A DNA stretch of 64,000 nucleotides from the human T2T-CHM13v2.0 reference genome, Homo sapiens, in assembly GCF_009914755.1 (NCBI RefSeq), contig NC_060947.1, one strand, 5' to 3'. Positions 13,217 to 27,382 of the stretch are shown here, one piece after another. The notes under the pieces are model-generated. The model did not search any database and had not been told where the DNA came from. It saw only the letters and a program-made list of their open reading frames with translations. The position numbers and the translations under genes were made by a program. The stretch's first letter is position 1. Every line of letters starts with the position of its first letter.

Positions 13217-13310
13217 TTCTTCTTTTTTTATTATACTTTAAGTTCTAGGGTACATGTGCACATCGTGCAGGTTTGTTACATATGTATACATGCGCCATGT
13301 TGGTGTGCCA
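13217..13310 (-). mobile_element. L1PA extreme 3' end, 5'-truncated
   Basis: ttattatactttaagttctagggtacatgtgca...; flanking direct repeat gtttactatttttt. Confidence 0.9.
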
Positions 13311-13329
13311 ACAGTTTACTATTTTTTAA

Positions 13330-15750
13330 TTTTGAGTTTTGGAATTCTGTTTATGTACAAAATGTATAAAACGTGAATAAAATAAACACTCATGTGCTCA
13401 CTACTCAGCCAAAGAACTAGAGCCTCCCAGTACCTTAGAAGCCTCCTGTATATACCCATGCCTGCTATTCAGGGAACAGTTTTCTGCATTTGGTGTTACT
13501 CATTCTCTTACTTCTCATTAAATTTGCAACCTATGACATATTCCTCACCAGTACTTCATTAGGTTTTGCCTCTTTTTGAACTTTATATTAAAGCTGAATA
13601 TATTTTTTCATGATTTGCTTCTGTTGCTCAAAATTCAGTTATATTCTCAGATATGACTAATTTATTCCTTTTTATGGCTGTGTAGTAGTTCATAGAATAA
13701 ATATACCAATTAATGGGTTTGGGGTTGTTTCTAGGTTTTTGTATCATGTACAGTATAGCTATGAACATCCTTATACATGTCTGGTGCACACGTGCAAGAA
13801 TTTGTCTTGGGCAGTGGTTCTCAAAGTTAGTTCAAGAACTGGGGTTCCTTGAGACGTTGCAAGGAGTTTGAGAGGTTAAAACTATTTTCATAATACTAAA
13901 CTACCATTTTCCTTTTTCACCTTCATCCTCTCACAAGCGTATGGTGGCATTTTCCAGAGGCTGGGTGGCATGTGATGATGACATTGTTCTGATGGCTGAT
14001 AGACTGTGTGCTTTATGTTCTCATGTCTAATTCTTTTTCTCAATTTTCATACCTAATACAGTAACTAGCAATAAATATAACCCATATCAACAAAGAAACT
14101 TTTGGGGGGTCTGCAATTATTTTTAAGAGTGTAAAAGGTGTCCTGAGACCAAAACGTTTGAGAACTGCTGCTCTAGGGTTTGTTTCCACCAGTAAAATGA
14201 GTAGGTGGTAGAATAGGCACATTGTTTCACATTCAACTTCAGTAGGTAATGCTGAACTGTTTCCCAAAGTGATTGTACCAGTTTTCATTTTAACCAGCAG
14301 TATTTGGGCATCCTTGTTTTTCTACATCCTAAAAATAGGCACTGTAACTTAAAAAAAAATTGCCCATCTGATGGGCATGTTGGGAGATCTCATTGTGGTT
14401 TTAATGCCTTTGAATACCAGTGAGATTGAGCTTTTTTTTTCATACCTTTATGGGACCTTTGGTTTCTGCTTCTGTGAAAATTACTCCTTCCAACTCTTCT
14501 TGGCCCTTATTTCTTCCATGTAAACTTCAGAATCAGCTTATGTTTCTGCAAAACAAAACAAAAACCACTTTTGTTGGGATTTCAGTGGTATTATGTTAAA
14601 TCAGAATATAATTTCATGGAAGTTGACATTATCATGGTTGAGTCTTTTTATCCAAGAACCTGGTATATATTTGTATCTGCTAAAGTCTTCCTTGTTGAAA
14701 GATTTATCATTTTCCTTATAGTGGTTAACACAGTCTTTTGTTATATTTCTTCCCAAATACTGTATGTGTTTTATTTTTGTTGTTGTTATTTAAATGGTAT
14801 GTCTTAATATATATTTTCTAAATGATGGTTGCTGGTTTATGGGAAATATATATGACTTTTTTCCATTAATATTGAATTTACTCTTATAAATTCTGATAAT
14901 TTACCTGGGATTTTTTTATGTACATAATAACCACCTTGAAATATTGATTGTTTTCTTTCTAACTTTCCAATTCTTAAATCTTTCAATACTTTTCCTTTAC
15001 TACATTGGCTGGAACTTTTATAACACTGTTGAATAGAACCAGTGATAATAGCCTACTTATCTTATTCCTGATGATAGAAAGATAGCTCTGAACATGTCAC
15101 CATTAAGTATGATCTTTGTATATACCCTTTATCAAAGTGAAGACATTTTCTTCCACTTTTGGTTTGCTAGTTTGGGTTTTTTGTTTGTTTTGTTTAGTTC
15201 CCATCATGATTGATGATTGAGTTTTACCAAATGCAGTTTCTTCATCTGTTGCACACATTTATTATATTTGATGACATTTTGATTTGGTTTTTCTCCTTTA
15301 CTGTGTTAATATGGTAGATTACATTGATTAGGTTTTTAAAATAAATTGCTAAATTCTGTTTACTAATAGTTTAAGAATTTTACATTTGTATTCTTGAATT
15401 GGCCTATAATTTTCCTTTCTAGTGTTTTTCTTGTGCAATATTGACATCAAGATTATCTAAGCTTCAGAGTGAGTGTTACCTCTTTTCTATTCCCTATAAG
15501 ATATATTGATTGTTTAGCACAACCTAATTCCCCAAATTCACCACTCCCCCAATTTGTTATTGTTGTTTTATATATCAGTGTTTGTTTACCTACCATATAT
15601 TTACTACTATTTTGATTTACCCTTTCTTCCTGAGTTTCAGATCTTGTATCCTGGGTCATTATTGTTTCATCTAAAGTATAACCTTTAGATTTCTCCTGGT
15701 GGGATCTGTTGGTAGTAAACTTTCTTGGTCTTGAAAATAGCTTTATTTTG
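13330..15750 (-). mobile_element. Old L1M fragments, interrupted by a Charlie-type DNA element at ~13812-14170
   Basis: Degenerate antisense L1 phrases (ttcccaaagtgattgtacca, gatctcattgtggttttaat); insert has hAT ends cagtggttctcaaa...tttgagaactgctg. Confidence 0.7.
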
Positions 15751-16309
15751 TCCTTTTTTTTTTTTAATTAAGCAATTAGCTTTGAGGAATGCCTTCATTT
15801 TGTTAGGCTGAAGGAGACAAAGTGGTTAGAGAAGTAGGAGAACCAGGAAACTTTATTATTGTAGATAACAAAAAAAGGAGAATTTCAAGGACAGGAAGAT
15901 AAGCAGTAAATGGAAAAAACTCCTGTAGGGTAAAGGGAACATATAACAGGGATTGTCCTTATTGATTACTCTTTCTTGAAAGGAAAATGACATTTAAAAT
16001 GTAACTATACTACTGGAGAGTTTGCCTATGTGTCTAGACTATGAACCACTCAGGGACCAGCTCAGGCTCCACTCATCTTTGCATCTGCAATACCTGGCTC
16101 TTTTAGGCTAGCATGTGGCAGGTGATCAGAGATTAGTGCTCATAGGTAATGAGTTATTATTATTTCCAAGTGAGGAAGCCTTTAAAAGATTGATAAATAA
16201 ACAGACACACTTGGATTTGCTTAAATTCTACTCCATCATTAACATTCTCAAGATCAACCTTTTTAAAGTTGTCATCATCAGAATAAGAGGAAAAGATCTT
16301 AAGAGGTTA

Positions 16310-17150
16310 TCAGATGAATGGATAAAGAAAATGTGGTATATATGCAACTATAAAAAATGATGAGTTCATATCCTTTGTAGGGACATGGATGAAGCTGGAA
16401 ACCATCATTCTGAGCAAACTATGGCAAGGACAGAAAACCAAACACCGCATGTTCTCACTCATAGGTGGGAATTGAACAATGAGAACACTTGGACACAGGG
16501 TGGGGAACATCACACACCAGGGCCTGGCATGGGGTGGGGGAAGGGGGGAGGGATAGCATTAGGAGATATACCTAATGTAAATGACGAGTTAATGGGTGCA
16601 GCATAATAAAAAAGAAAAGAAAGAAAATGTGGTATATATATACAGTGGAATACTATTCAGCCTTTTAAAAAGAAGGAAAGCCTATCATTTGTAGCAATTT
16701 GGGTGAACTTGGAGGACATGGTAAGTGAAATAAGTGAAATAAACCAGGCCCAGAAAGACAAATACCACATGATCTCACATAAATGTTAATGTTTTAGATT
16801 TTTAACATTGAACTCACGCAAGTAGTGAATAGAATGTCAGTTACCAGGGGCTGGAGGGGTGAGGGTTGAGGCGGGAGATTCAAGAGATATGAGTCAAAGG
16901 AAACAAAATTTCAATCAGACAGGAGGAATAAGTTCCAGAGATACATTGTACAACATGGAGACTATAGTAAATACAATGTATTACATACTTGAAAATTGCT
17001 AAGAGTGTAGATTTTAAGTGTTCTCAGTACAAAAATAAGTATGTGAAGTAATGCATGTCAGTTAGCTTGATTTTGCTATTCCACAGTATATAAACATCAT
17101 GTTGTATACCATAAATATAATTTTTGTCAATTAAATTAATTTTTTAAAAA
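16310..17150 (+). mobile_element. L1MA 3' end with nested L1PA 3' fragment (~16345-16620)
   Basis: L1PA 3'UTR (ggatgaagctggaaaccatcattct...gggtgcagca) lies between two copies of aaagaaaatgtggtatatat. Confidence 0.88.
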
Positions 17151-17431
17151 GTTACCAATTTTTGTCCTTATTACATATCTAAAAATATCAAGACTGCTTT
17201 GGAGAATATCAGATTGTAACTTCACATTGGAGACCAAATTTGGTAAACCTATTTATTTTTGAATGTTTCTTTTCAGTAATGACTTTTTGCAATGCCTGAT
17301 GAATGTTCTTGTTTTTTTCTTTTTCTTTTTTTTTTTTTTACTCATCTCTTTAAGTTGTTTATACCTGTTCTTCATATATCCTCATTCTGAATGGTTAGGG
17401 AAATGTGCAGCTCTAAAGAATCTGTTACTAG

Positions 17432-17722
17432 GTGCTGGGCGCTGTGGCTCACGCCTGGAATCCCAGCACTTTGGGAGGCCAAGGCGGGTGGATCACAAGG
17501 TCAGAAGTTCAAGACCAGCCTGGCCAAGATGGTGAAACCCCATCTCTACTAAAAATACAAAAATTAGCCGGTCGTGGTGGTGGGTGCCTGTAATCCCAGC
17601 AACTCGGGAGGCTGAGGCAGAGGATTGCTTGAACCCGGGAGGCGGAGGTTGCAGTGAGCCAAGATCGTGCCACTGAACTCCAGCCTGGGCAACAGAGTGA
17701 GACTCCATCTCGAAAAAAAAAA
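17432..17722 (+). mobile_element. AluS
   Basis: Full dimer; TSD aaga(a/g)tctgttacta. Confidence 0.95.
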
Positions 17723-18249
17723 AGAGTCTGTTACTAGAATACTGTCATTTCTAAGATGTGAATTTGTTTTTAGTCATTGTCATTTGGAAAGCTTGCATGA
17801 GAGGAGTGGTCTGTTTACCAAATCTACTGTGTGCTCTTGATAGTAGTACTCTATCATATGAATGTTTTTCATTACTGAAAATTTACCCTCTAACAAGAAT
17901 TTTGGTTTGATAAGATCTCTAGGAGATTGAGTAGTGCTCACAGAAATTCCTAAAGGATTTTTTCTTCCTGTAGCCATTTTGCAAGGAATAGGAGGACAAA
18001 AATTTGCTACATTTCAATCAAAACTAGTTTAAGCTGAACTTGTAGTGACTATAAAGATTTGGCATATATGTGTAGAATTTTCTTTGATATTAGATACTAG
18101 TACTTACTAGCTGGGCCATGATTTGCAGAAGCTTTTCTTTACCCATTATACTGCTATATATTCACAACTGACATAGGACATTCACAGACTATTTTAAAGT
18201 TTTTCTACAAGTACTTACTCTATACCCAGATCATTGGAGGAAGAAAACA

Positions 18250-20150
18250 GATAAAAATGTGTAAGGAAAAATAAAAGGCATGAGAAACACAATATACATT
18301 TAATCAAACTTCCAGAAGGAAAAAAAGAGTGATATTAGAAGAAATAATCATTGACAGTTACCCAGAATTTATAAAAGATATCAAATCCTCAGATTAAAGA
18401 ACCATAAGAAAATCTGAGCATCATAGGGAAAAAGAAATTAATCTCAATGCTTATTTTAGTGAAACCAAAAAACACCAAGGACAGAGAAAATCTAACAACC
18501 CAAAGAGAAATGACACATCCACAAAGAAACAAAAATCAGACTGATACTTGATTTCTCATCAGTAACAGTATTGCCAGGAAACAGTGAAATAATTTTCTGA
18601 AAGTGCTGAGGGAAATAACTGCTCACTTAGAACATTTATTCAAAAGTGAAGGTAAAACTTTTTAGGCATGCAAAGATTGACCATTGCTGGAAAAAAAAAA
18701 ACTACTTGTCTACTTCACTAATAAGTAAATAGTACACCAAAGGAAGCAGAGGGATGCAAGAAGTAATGAAAAGCAAAGAAATGGGTAGGCAAATTAGTAA
18801 ATAAAAAATCTAACTGTGGATAGTAAGAAAAAACAAATAATAATAAGAGTAGAAGAAATGGAGGTAAAGTATTACAAGGAACTTTCAGAATGAGGATAGA
18901 GATACTAACTGCAGATTTTGTTGTTTTCAGTGTGAATACTTAAAATAAGGGTAATCATTGAAAGATAGAAATAAAATGTTTGACTTCCACACCAGTGGAG
19001 GAATGAAAAGGGGAATGGAGGAAAAGTCCTCTCCAGGAAGAAGCAGAAAAGGAGAAAAAAAGCAGCTTGGTTACCAGAAAACACAGAGGAAGACAGCAGA
19101 AAGAATTCCAACTTTATCAATAGTTACTATAAATATAAACTGATTTCTGCATATTAGATATCAGATTAGATTTTTAAAGATCTTAACTGCATGCAGTCTA
19201 AAAGAGACTAACCTAAAATAAATTAATGTAGAAAGGTTGAAAATAGATGGAAAAAGATATACAAAACAAATATTAACCAAAAGTCATGTTGTTTCAGCAG
19301 TACTTTAGGTAAAATGTTACTTAGGGTGAAAGACATTAATACATATAAAAAGGGATACTATTTGTGATAAAAGGAACCGTAAAAGGGTATAACACCTAGG
19401 AACTAACAACATAAAAAACTACCTAACCATATAACCTTAAAATACTCAAAGCAAAAAGCACCCAGAATCATAAGGGGAACTCAAGAAATCTACAAACATG
19501 TTGAATGATTTTAACAACCCTCTTTCAGAAATAGAACTAGCAGGCAAGAAATATTTAAGATTTAGAAGATTTTAACACTACAATGAGCAAATTTGATTAT
19601 ACATATATATGTATGTGTGTATGTATATGAGTATATAGACTCTCCTGCCCAACTAGTACAGAATATATACTTTTTGAATATATATTTGTACTTTCAGAGC
19701 TTTTGCAAACATTCACCACATACTAAGTCATAAAGGGGGTCTCAGAAAATTCCAAAGAAGCTACATCATACAGACCATGCCCATACATTATTAAGCAACT
19801 ACATCAGAAGTCACAATAATAGGTACTTAAAAACATGTCATATGATAGGAAACTAGAATAACACACCTCTAAATAATCCATGGATTACCAACTTCTCAGC
19901 AATGGTGTAAATTCTTCTGCTAAATAACCCGTGGGTTAAAGAGGACATCACATTGGAAATTCCAGAGTACTTAAAGTTAAGTGTATCTTCTAAAAACCTA
20001 CAGCAAATGTGATGTTTAATTGGGGAACTTTAGAATAATTCCTATAAAGTCAGGAAAAAGACAATGATTTCTGCTATTATTTCAATAACTCTACATTATA
20101 TAGGATAACTTAGTTATGAACGTGGCAGGAAAATATGAGGTATAAAGTTT
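18250..20150 (+). mobile_element. Ancient L1M internal fragment (ORF1/ORF2 region)
   Basis: A-rich, with degenerate L1 motifs (gatttctcatcag, ataattactataaat, ctctaaataatccatgg). Confidence 0.65.
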
Positions 20151-20955
20151 GCCAATCTTGTCATAGGCTTATGATAACAACACAAAATCCTCTAAACTGC
20201 CTAATCTAGCAAAGAAATGTAAGGCTTTTATGGGAAGATTAAGGGTAACTTCAGCTTTATCTATGACATTCTAGTCCTTTTATTAAAAAAAAAACTGAAG
20301 CGAATAACTTAATATTTGTTAATTTTGGGTTACAGCTACATAAATATTTGTTAACATTATTTTCTATTCTATAATTTTTTAACTTTTCAAAAGGGAAGGA
20401 AATAAAACAGTTTATTAGTGAAGTTCTGGGTCCTCAATGAACTCAAGATCTACTAGGGGATAGACTTGTACATGGCTAATCATTCAGTAACAAAGATTTA
20501 GCATGTACTTACTGTGTATTGGGCAGAGTTGGAGGGAGCAGGGTGTGACTTTTCAAAGTCCCTGACTTCATGGAGCTTATTAGAGGAGACAGCATCAGTC
20601 CGACTCCTCTCATGCCATCCCCTATTTGAGGAGCTCCTCTCAAAATGACTGACTCTTACTATTATCCTATTAGTTTTGATGAAATTGGGTTTACATTCTC
20701 CCATTTGACCAAAATGAGCCAAGGGAATGATTGTAGATAGTGTGCTTATGCGAAGACCTTGAGGCAGAGTCTGTAATATACAGGAATAGACCAAGGTCCA
20801 TTATATCTAATTAACCTGGATAACTGGCTGGTGACTGATGAGGACCTGGAGAACAGTTTTGAAAGTTTAGCTTTGTTTGTTCAAGTGTACTAAGGAATCC
20901 AGCTCTTGAAGGATAAGAACTGAAGCAGAAAGCACCTCCCCTTTTTAGAGTAGAC

Positions 20956-21064
20956 CAGAGATCAGCAAAGTCTTGTTTTTGTATGACCCTTGAGCCGAGC
21001 CTTTTAAAGGGTTGTTACATACACACACATACACACACACACACACACATGCACGCACACACAC

Positions 21065-21096
<32 letters not shown>

Positions 21097-21376
21097 CAAC
21101 AGAGAATATAATAAGAATATAATATGGCCCTCAGAGTCTTAGATATTTGCCATCTGGGCCTATACAGAATAAGTTTGCCAGCTCCTGCAGTAGAACAACA
21201 GTTCTCAAAGTGTGGTCCCTGACCAGCAGCATCAGCAGTATGTAGGAACTGGTTACAAATACCAATTGTCAGATCCCACCCAGAATTAGACAGTCTAGGG
21301 GTGGGGCCCAGTAATTTCAGTTTTAATAAGCCTTCCTAATCATTCTGATATGTGCTGAAGTTGAAGAATCACTGCT
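20956..21376. mobile_element. MER58-like element carrying (CA)n(GA)n at 21017-21090, followed by MER5A (21198-21376)
   Basis: tggccc...acagaataagtttgcca...cctg end; MER5A ttctcaaagtgtggtccc...cagcagcatcagc...gaatcactg. Confidence 0.75.
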
Positions 21377-22710
21377 ATAAACCAATGGCTTAATCCCATT
21401 ATAAAAGATTACCTGTCTCTCAGTCTCACCAGTTTCACAAGAAAGTGGAGATTCAGAATAGGTTGTGGCCAACTAGCAGAGAATAATCTTGAAGGAATAT
21501 TTTGTTCTTTTGTCTTGATCACACCCATTACTGACATTTATGCAGTCCAGCTAATAGAAATAGTCCATCCAATACGAATGCTCTCTTAATGCCCCAGAAG
21601 GACTTTCAGTGGATCTATGCTCAGAGTCATGGAGAAATAAGAGATCCTAAGATGTTTTAAACTACTATAATGATCTAGAGTTATATGTTTGCTGCTTTGG
21701 AATATTAACTGTTCTCTAGTTTTCGTTATTAGAATACTTTATATTTTTTCAACCTTTATCTGAAATTTAGGCACATTTGTAACAACAATGTACTTCCAAG
21801 ATTTTCCTTACTGGTAAACTAATAGGTAAATTTAAATTTAGTCTTCTTTTCATAGTTAGCATTCTATCGTATGTTGATGGAAAGTCATTTGTATAGTGTT
21901 TAAGTTTTTCAGTGTTCTTGATCTTTCTGAGACTGTAGGTAGACAGACCTCATTTTCATTTTACAGAGAAGAATAGAAAGCCTAGAGTGACTTGCTTAGC
22001 TTCACTATACATAGTGGCATGGGTCTTCCAAGTCCATCATTCTACTCTATATCCTGAATGTGGCCAGAAATTTTCTCACATTGTTAGCCTTAAAACACAG
22101 TTTCAGACCTGTTGGTAACATCACTGGCCAACAAATGCAAGAGAAAAAAAGAAAAGTTAATAATAAAGTTTGCTATTTTACAAGTAAGAGCTATAGTTTC
22201 TTTATCTTACAATTTTTAAAAAATTTTATTTTTTTATTTAAAAAATTGTGTGTGAGAGAGAAACAGTGAGTGAGAGAGAACACACATATGCATGTGTATG
22301 GAGAGACATGAAAAGCTGAGACAGGTCATCTTTACCTTGGAATATTTAATACTGTGTGTTCCTAGAGACATATCACCATTGTCATGTATCTTTAGTTCTT
22401 TCTCTCCCAAATAATGGACTTTACAATTTGTTTGGTGGTAATACACTTGTATAAATAGAAGAACAATTTACAGAGCAAAATTCATATTAGAACAAATAAA
22501 TAGTAGAAAGGGCCAATGAACCATAGGGTGCTGATAGTTCATTAAGAAGGTTTCTTCATGAAGGATTGGCTGAAATTAGCTATTTTAAAGAAATACAGAG
22601 ATGAGGCTTAAAAATCCACCACTTGGAATTACTGTTGTTTTTGATGTGGTTTTCACTGGTATTATGAGACAAGCTATCATTTGTGTATGAGGACAAGTAT
22701 TGGGAGAATG

Positions 22711-22712
<2 letters not shown>

Positions 22713-22752
<40 letters not shown>
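22713..22752. repeat. (CA)n microsatellite
   Basis: Directly visible. Confidence 0.95.
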
Positions 22753-22755
<3 letters not shown>

Positions 22756-22776
22756 TTTTATAAAACTGAACCCTTC

Positions 22777-23199
22777 TGATATGGTTTGGCTCTCTCCCCA
22801 CCCAAATCTCATCTTGAATTATAACTCCCACAATTCCCATGTGTTGTGGGAGAAACCTGGTGGGAGGTGATTGAATTATGGGGGCAGGTCTTTCCTGCGC
22901 TGTTCTCATGATAGTGAATGAGTCTCACGAGATCTGGTGGTTTTAAAAATGGGAGTTTCCCTGCACAACCTCTCTCTTTGCTTGCCACCATCCATGTAAG
23001 ACATGACTTGCTCCTCCTTGCCTTCTGCCATGGTTGTGAGGCCTCCCTAGCCATGTGGAACTGTAAGTCCATTAAACCTCTTTTTCTTTCCAGTCTCAGG
23101 TATGTCTTTATCAGCAGCTATTATGAAAACAGACTAACACAGTAAATATATATATCTATCCTATTAGTTCTGTCCCTCTATAGAACCCTGAATAATACA
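22777..23199 (+). mobile_element. THE1-family MaLR LTR (22777-23141) with MLT2-like 3' terminus
   Basis: Starts tgatatggtttggct...cccacccaaatctcatcttgaatt; 5-bp TSD ccttc at 22772-22776 and 23200-23204. Confidence 0.88.
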
Positions 23200-23366
23200 C
23201 CTTCTTACCCTCATCTCTACATTTTAATTGTTGATAGGTAAAGTTTTTCAAAAAAATGTCCTAGGGGTGTGTGTGTGTGTGTGTGTGTTTGTGTGCATGC
23301 ATGTGTGTTTTTATATCTTTAGATAACCTTTTGGGTGTACATCTTTAGCATCTTTCTGTAACATCT

Positions 23367-23775
23367 TGTCTTAGTCCGTTCTGTGATGCTGTAACAAAAT
23401 ACCTGAAATTTCATCAGTCTTAGTCCGTTTGTCTTGCTATAAAGGAATACCTGAGGCTGAGTGATTTATAAAGAACAGAACAGGGTAATTTATGAAGAAC
23501 AGAAATTTATTTTCTCAGTTTTGGAGGCTGGGAAGTCTCCGATCAAGGTGCCAGTACTTGGTGTCTAGTAAGGGCCTTCTTGCTGTGTCCTCCTGTGACA
23601 GCAAGTGGAAGGGCAAGAGGAGGACACTGCCGCATGAAGCCTCTTTTATAAGGGCCATAATGCCATTCATGAGGGAGGAACCCTTATGGCCTAATCACCT
23701 CTTAAAGGCCCTACTCTTAATCCTGTCACATTGGCAACACCTGAATTTAGGAGAGGCTTGCTTCAAACCATAGCA
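23367..23775 (-). mobile_element. MST/MLT1A-type MaLR solo LTR
   Basis: tgtcttagtcc...ttcaaaccatagca; TSD catct on both sides. Confidence 0.88.
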
Positions 23776-24469
23776 CATCTGAACTTACCCAAGGACTGGT
23801 TTTCTGAAATTTCCAATCGCTTGAGGGCTCAGTTGTCTGAGGGCTGTGTGTGAAAGCAACAAATTGTGTTGATAAAAGCACAATTATTTATCACCCTTGG
23901 CCTTGTGCTTCCAGGCTATGTTTTTCTTACCTTCAATGCTCAGTTTATTCTGTTTCTTTCTCTGCCTCTTTTATCTTTACCTCCCTCACCTTTCTTTCCT
24001 CTGTGTCTCATTCTATCTGTCTCTCCCCCTCTCTTCCCCCTCAACCCTCTCCTCTGTCCCATTGTCCTCTGTCGTCTTCTGCCTCTACTTTTCTCCTGCC
24101 TCTCTCCCCCAACCCCCATGTGCCTAGCTGTCAAATCTTTGTCTTCTCTTTTCTTTCCCCTACTCTGATTTCATTTCTATTTGTCTAGGGGTAAATGGTC
24201 AACAACTAGCATGTTATATGTAAGAACATTAATAAAAATCATTTTAATATAAATGGGGCTTTCTAATTTCAAAGATCAACATTGCTGAAAGCTATCAAAG
24301 AGCCGTGGGCTTTAAATTTCTTAGTAATGGACATTCATTTGTTTATGGTATTCCCTAGTGATGGTACTAGCAGTGGTGGTAAAAATGACAACAACAACAA
24401 TAGTGTTTTATTCTTCTTAATATGGCTAATATTTACTGAGTTTTTACCACTTGCCATATATTGTTCTAA

Positions 24470-24910
24470 GTAATTGGTTTTTAGAATATATCTGGGGATC
24501 CTAGGAGATGCCCAAGACTTTCAGAAAGCTATGAGGTCAAAACTATTTTCATAATAATGCTAAGATATCATTTGCCTTTTTCACTTTCTTTACATTTGCA
24601 CTGATTACACAGAAGCAATGATGTGTAATCAGTACTGGCTGCTTCGCCCAAATCAAGGCAGGTAGTCATTGTAGTCCTCATTGTCAGCACTCTTAGTTTA
24701 AAAAAAAAAAGACAATTTTATTTTAGAAAGTCCCTGATGAAACAGTAAATTGTATTAAGTTTTGACCCTTGAGTACATGTCCTTTCAATGTTCTGTGTGA
24801 CAAAATCGGGAAGTGTGCATAAAACACTTCTGCATGCTAAGTATGTTTGAGTTGCCAGCTGAATTAGTCACCTGTTTCATAGGCCACCCTTTTTACTTGA
24901 AAAAAATTGT
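24470..24910. mobile_element. Charlie1-type DNA transposon fragment
   Basis: gaggtcaaaactattttcataata..., similar to the element at 13870. Confidence 0.6.
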
Positions 24911-26079
24911 AAAAAATGTGTTTTGAATACTGATGAATTTTCAAATAGCAGAGCTAAACAACAATCTCTAAGATTACCTACCACAGAACCACTCATTTTA
25001 TAGATTAGAAAAATACAACCCAGCTATTAAAAGCCATATCCAAAGCAGCACTCTTACAAATGCATGATTTATGGCCTCTTCTTATATTTTATAGTGCTTT
25101 AAATTTCCACTAAATTTAGTGCTTTAAATATATAAAATTAGTGCTTTAAATATATACTTTTTCATCCGATCCTCACACAGCATTGTGAGTATATAAAACA
25201 GCTTAAAGATAAGGAAATTGAGACTCAAAGAAGACAATTCTCTGAATGCAGTCTATATTTTCCTGGCCTTTCAGCTATTATCTCTGAGGACCTGAAATAA
25301 GGCAGTGCAAATCAAGAAGAGATAGGATCCATAAAACCTGGCAACTAACTAGATGCAGAAGAAAAGGAAATGAAGGAGCCAGGGAATTTCCTGAAGTTGT
25401 TTTGCTTTGTTTTGTTTTCTTTTGTTTTTTGTATGAACCTTAGGAGGGTATGACAACTGAGAAAAAAATGAGAAGGAATAGATTCCATCAACAGATGTTT
25501 ATGGAAGGCCTTTTCATTGGCACTACTGTAATCTGCTTTGGAGGATGCTCAGATGTATAGACTATCTGTCTCTACTGTCTATTTGGGAAATATGTCTTCC
25601 GTGCTAGTAACTGTATTTCAAGGTAAAAGTGGTAAGCACCTTAAGAAAAGCTTAGTTCAAGTTCCATAAAAGTAATTGCTTTTGCACCAACCTAATACTT
25701 CTGGACTCAGGGAAAATTTTATGGAATAGGGAGCATTTGAAAGGAGACTTGCAGAATGGTAGCATTTGGATGTGCAGAGACAAGGAAGGTTCAGTTACAG
25801 AATAATAAAGCAGGGCAAGGAAGGAGGAATGTCTGCTATACAAGTTAGTGGGAATATAGTGTGTGTGTGAGCAACTGATGAGAAATTATTGTTATTAGAA
25901 ATAATTATTCCAAGAAATTATTGAAAATGTGTTGGCCAGAGTCTGAAAATAGTAAATACCGTAATATGGCATACATGATCAGTTTTCCATCGGTACTTAG
26001 TTAATTTTTTTTTTACTGTTTTTTATTGTTGTTGTTTTTTCTTTTTTTGTCTTTATTTTTATATTTAATTTTTTTATTT

Positions 26080-26374
<295 letters not shown>

Positions 26375-26641
26375 TAATTTTTTTTTAATGACACTTGCCA
26401 AACAAATGTCTTTTTAAAGCACAACTTAGTTATTTCTTTACATATGAAATTTCTTCATTTTTCATTGACTTAAGAATTTCAAGTTCAGATAACATAATTA
26501 ATCTTCCCAGATGTTGGTGTATAGTTTTAGAGAGGGCTATACCAAATACTTTACTCTGGTGTAATTTTTAACATCTGTAGTGGCTTACTTAAACCTGCAG
26601 TCTTTAGATAACGCATTCTCCTCACACTTGGGAATTCCATC

Positions 26642-27063
26642 AGTCTTAGTCCATTTGTGTTGCTATAAAGGAATACCTGAGGCTGAGTGATTTATAAAGA
26701 AAAGAGGTTTATTTGGCCCATGGTTCTGCAGGCTATACAAGAAGTATGGTGTCAATATCTGCTTCTGATCAGGACCTCAGGAAGATTCCACTCATGACGT
26801 AAGATGAAGGAAAGCAGGCATCACATGGTGAGAGAGAAAAGGCAAGAGAGAAAGGAGGAGGTGCCAGGCTCTTTTCAACAATCAGTTCGTGCGGGAACTA
26901 AGAGCAAGAATTCAGTCGTTGTCATGAGAATGATACCAAACTACTCTTGAGGAGTCCTCCCCATGACCCAAACACCTCCCACCAGACCCCACCTCCAACA
27001 CTGGGCATCAGATTTCAACAAGAGACTTGGGGGAACCAAGCAAACCATATCCAAACAATAGCA
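26642..27063 (-). mobile_element. MST-family MaLR solo LTR
   Basis: agtcttagtccatttgtgttgctataaaggaatacctgag...ccaaacaatagca; TSD ccatc at 26637-26641 and 27064-27068. Confidence 0.9.
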
Positions 27064-27226
27064 CCATCAATCTTTTAAATGGCGCTTTTATCTGAACTAC
27101 ATCCCTGAGTCTATCCTCAAATAGCTTAACTTTGTCTTGGAAGTCTTTCTTCTCCTTTGCCATTAGTGGTTATTTTTCACTGCAGAATTAATCTGACTTG
27201 GATGTTTATTACTGTTTTTTCCCTAG

Positions 27227-27382
27227 ATAAGTCAGATAAATATGATGCACGTGATGTTGAAAGGCTACAACAAGATGATAACTGGGTTGAAAGTTACTTA
27301 TCTTGGAGACATAATATTGTAGATGAAACACTGAAGATGCTCGATGAGAGTTTTCAGTGGAGGAAAGAAATTTCTGTCAATG
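27227..27382 (+). CDS. MOSPD2: MOSPD2 exon 3 (DKSDKYDARDVERLQQDDNW...WRKEISVN)
   Basis: ttttttccctag| and G|GTAAG; 156 nt; CRAL-TRIO N-terminal-like segment visible in ORF 27157..27426. Confidence 0.96.

Noticed and set aside
23850-24188. Three overlapping ORFs
   Set aside because: CT-rich low-complexity tract lacking stop codons.
25090-25155. Three copies of tagtgctttaaat with short spacers, superficially CRISPR-like
   Set aside because: Eukaryotic intron, 13-bp unit, AT-rich spacers, no cas genes; simple local duplication.
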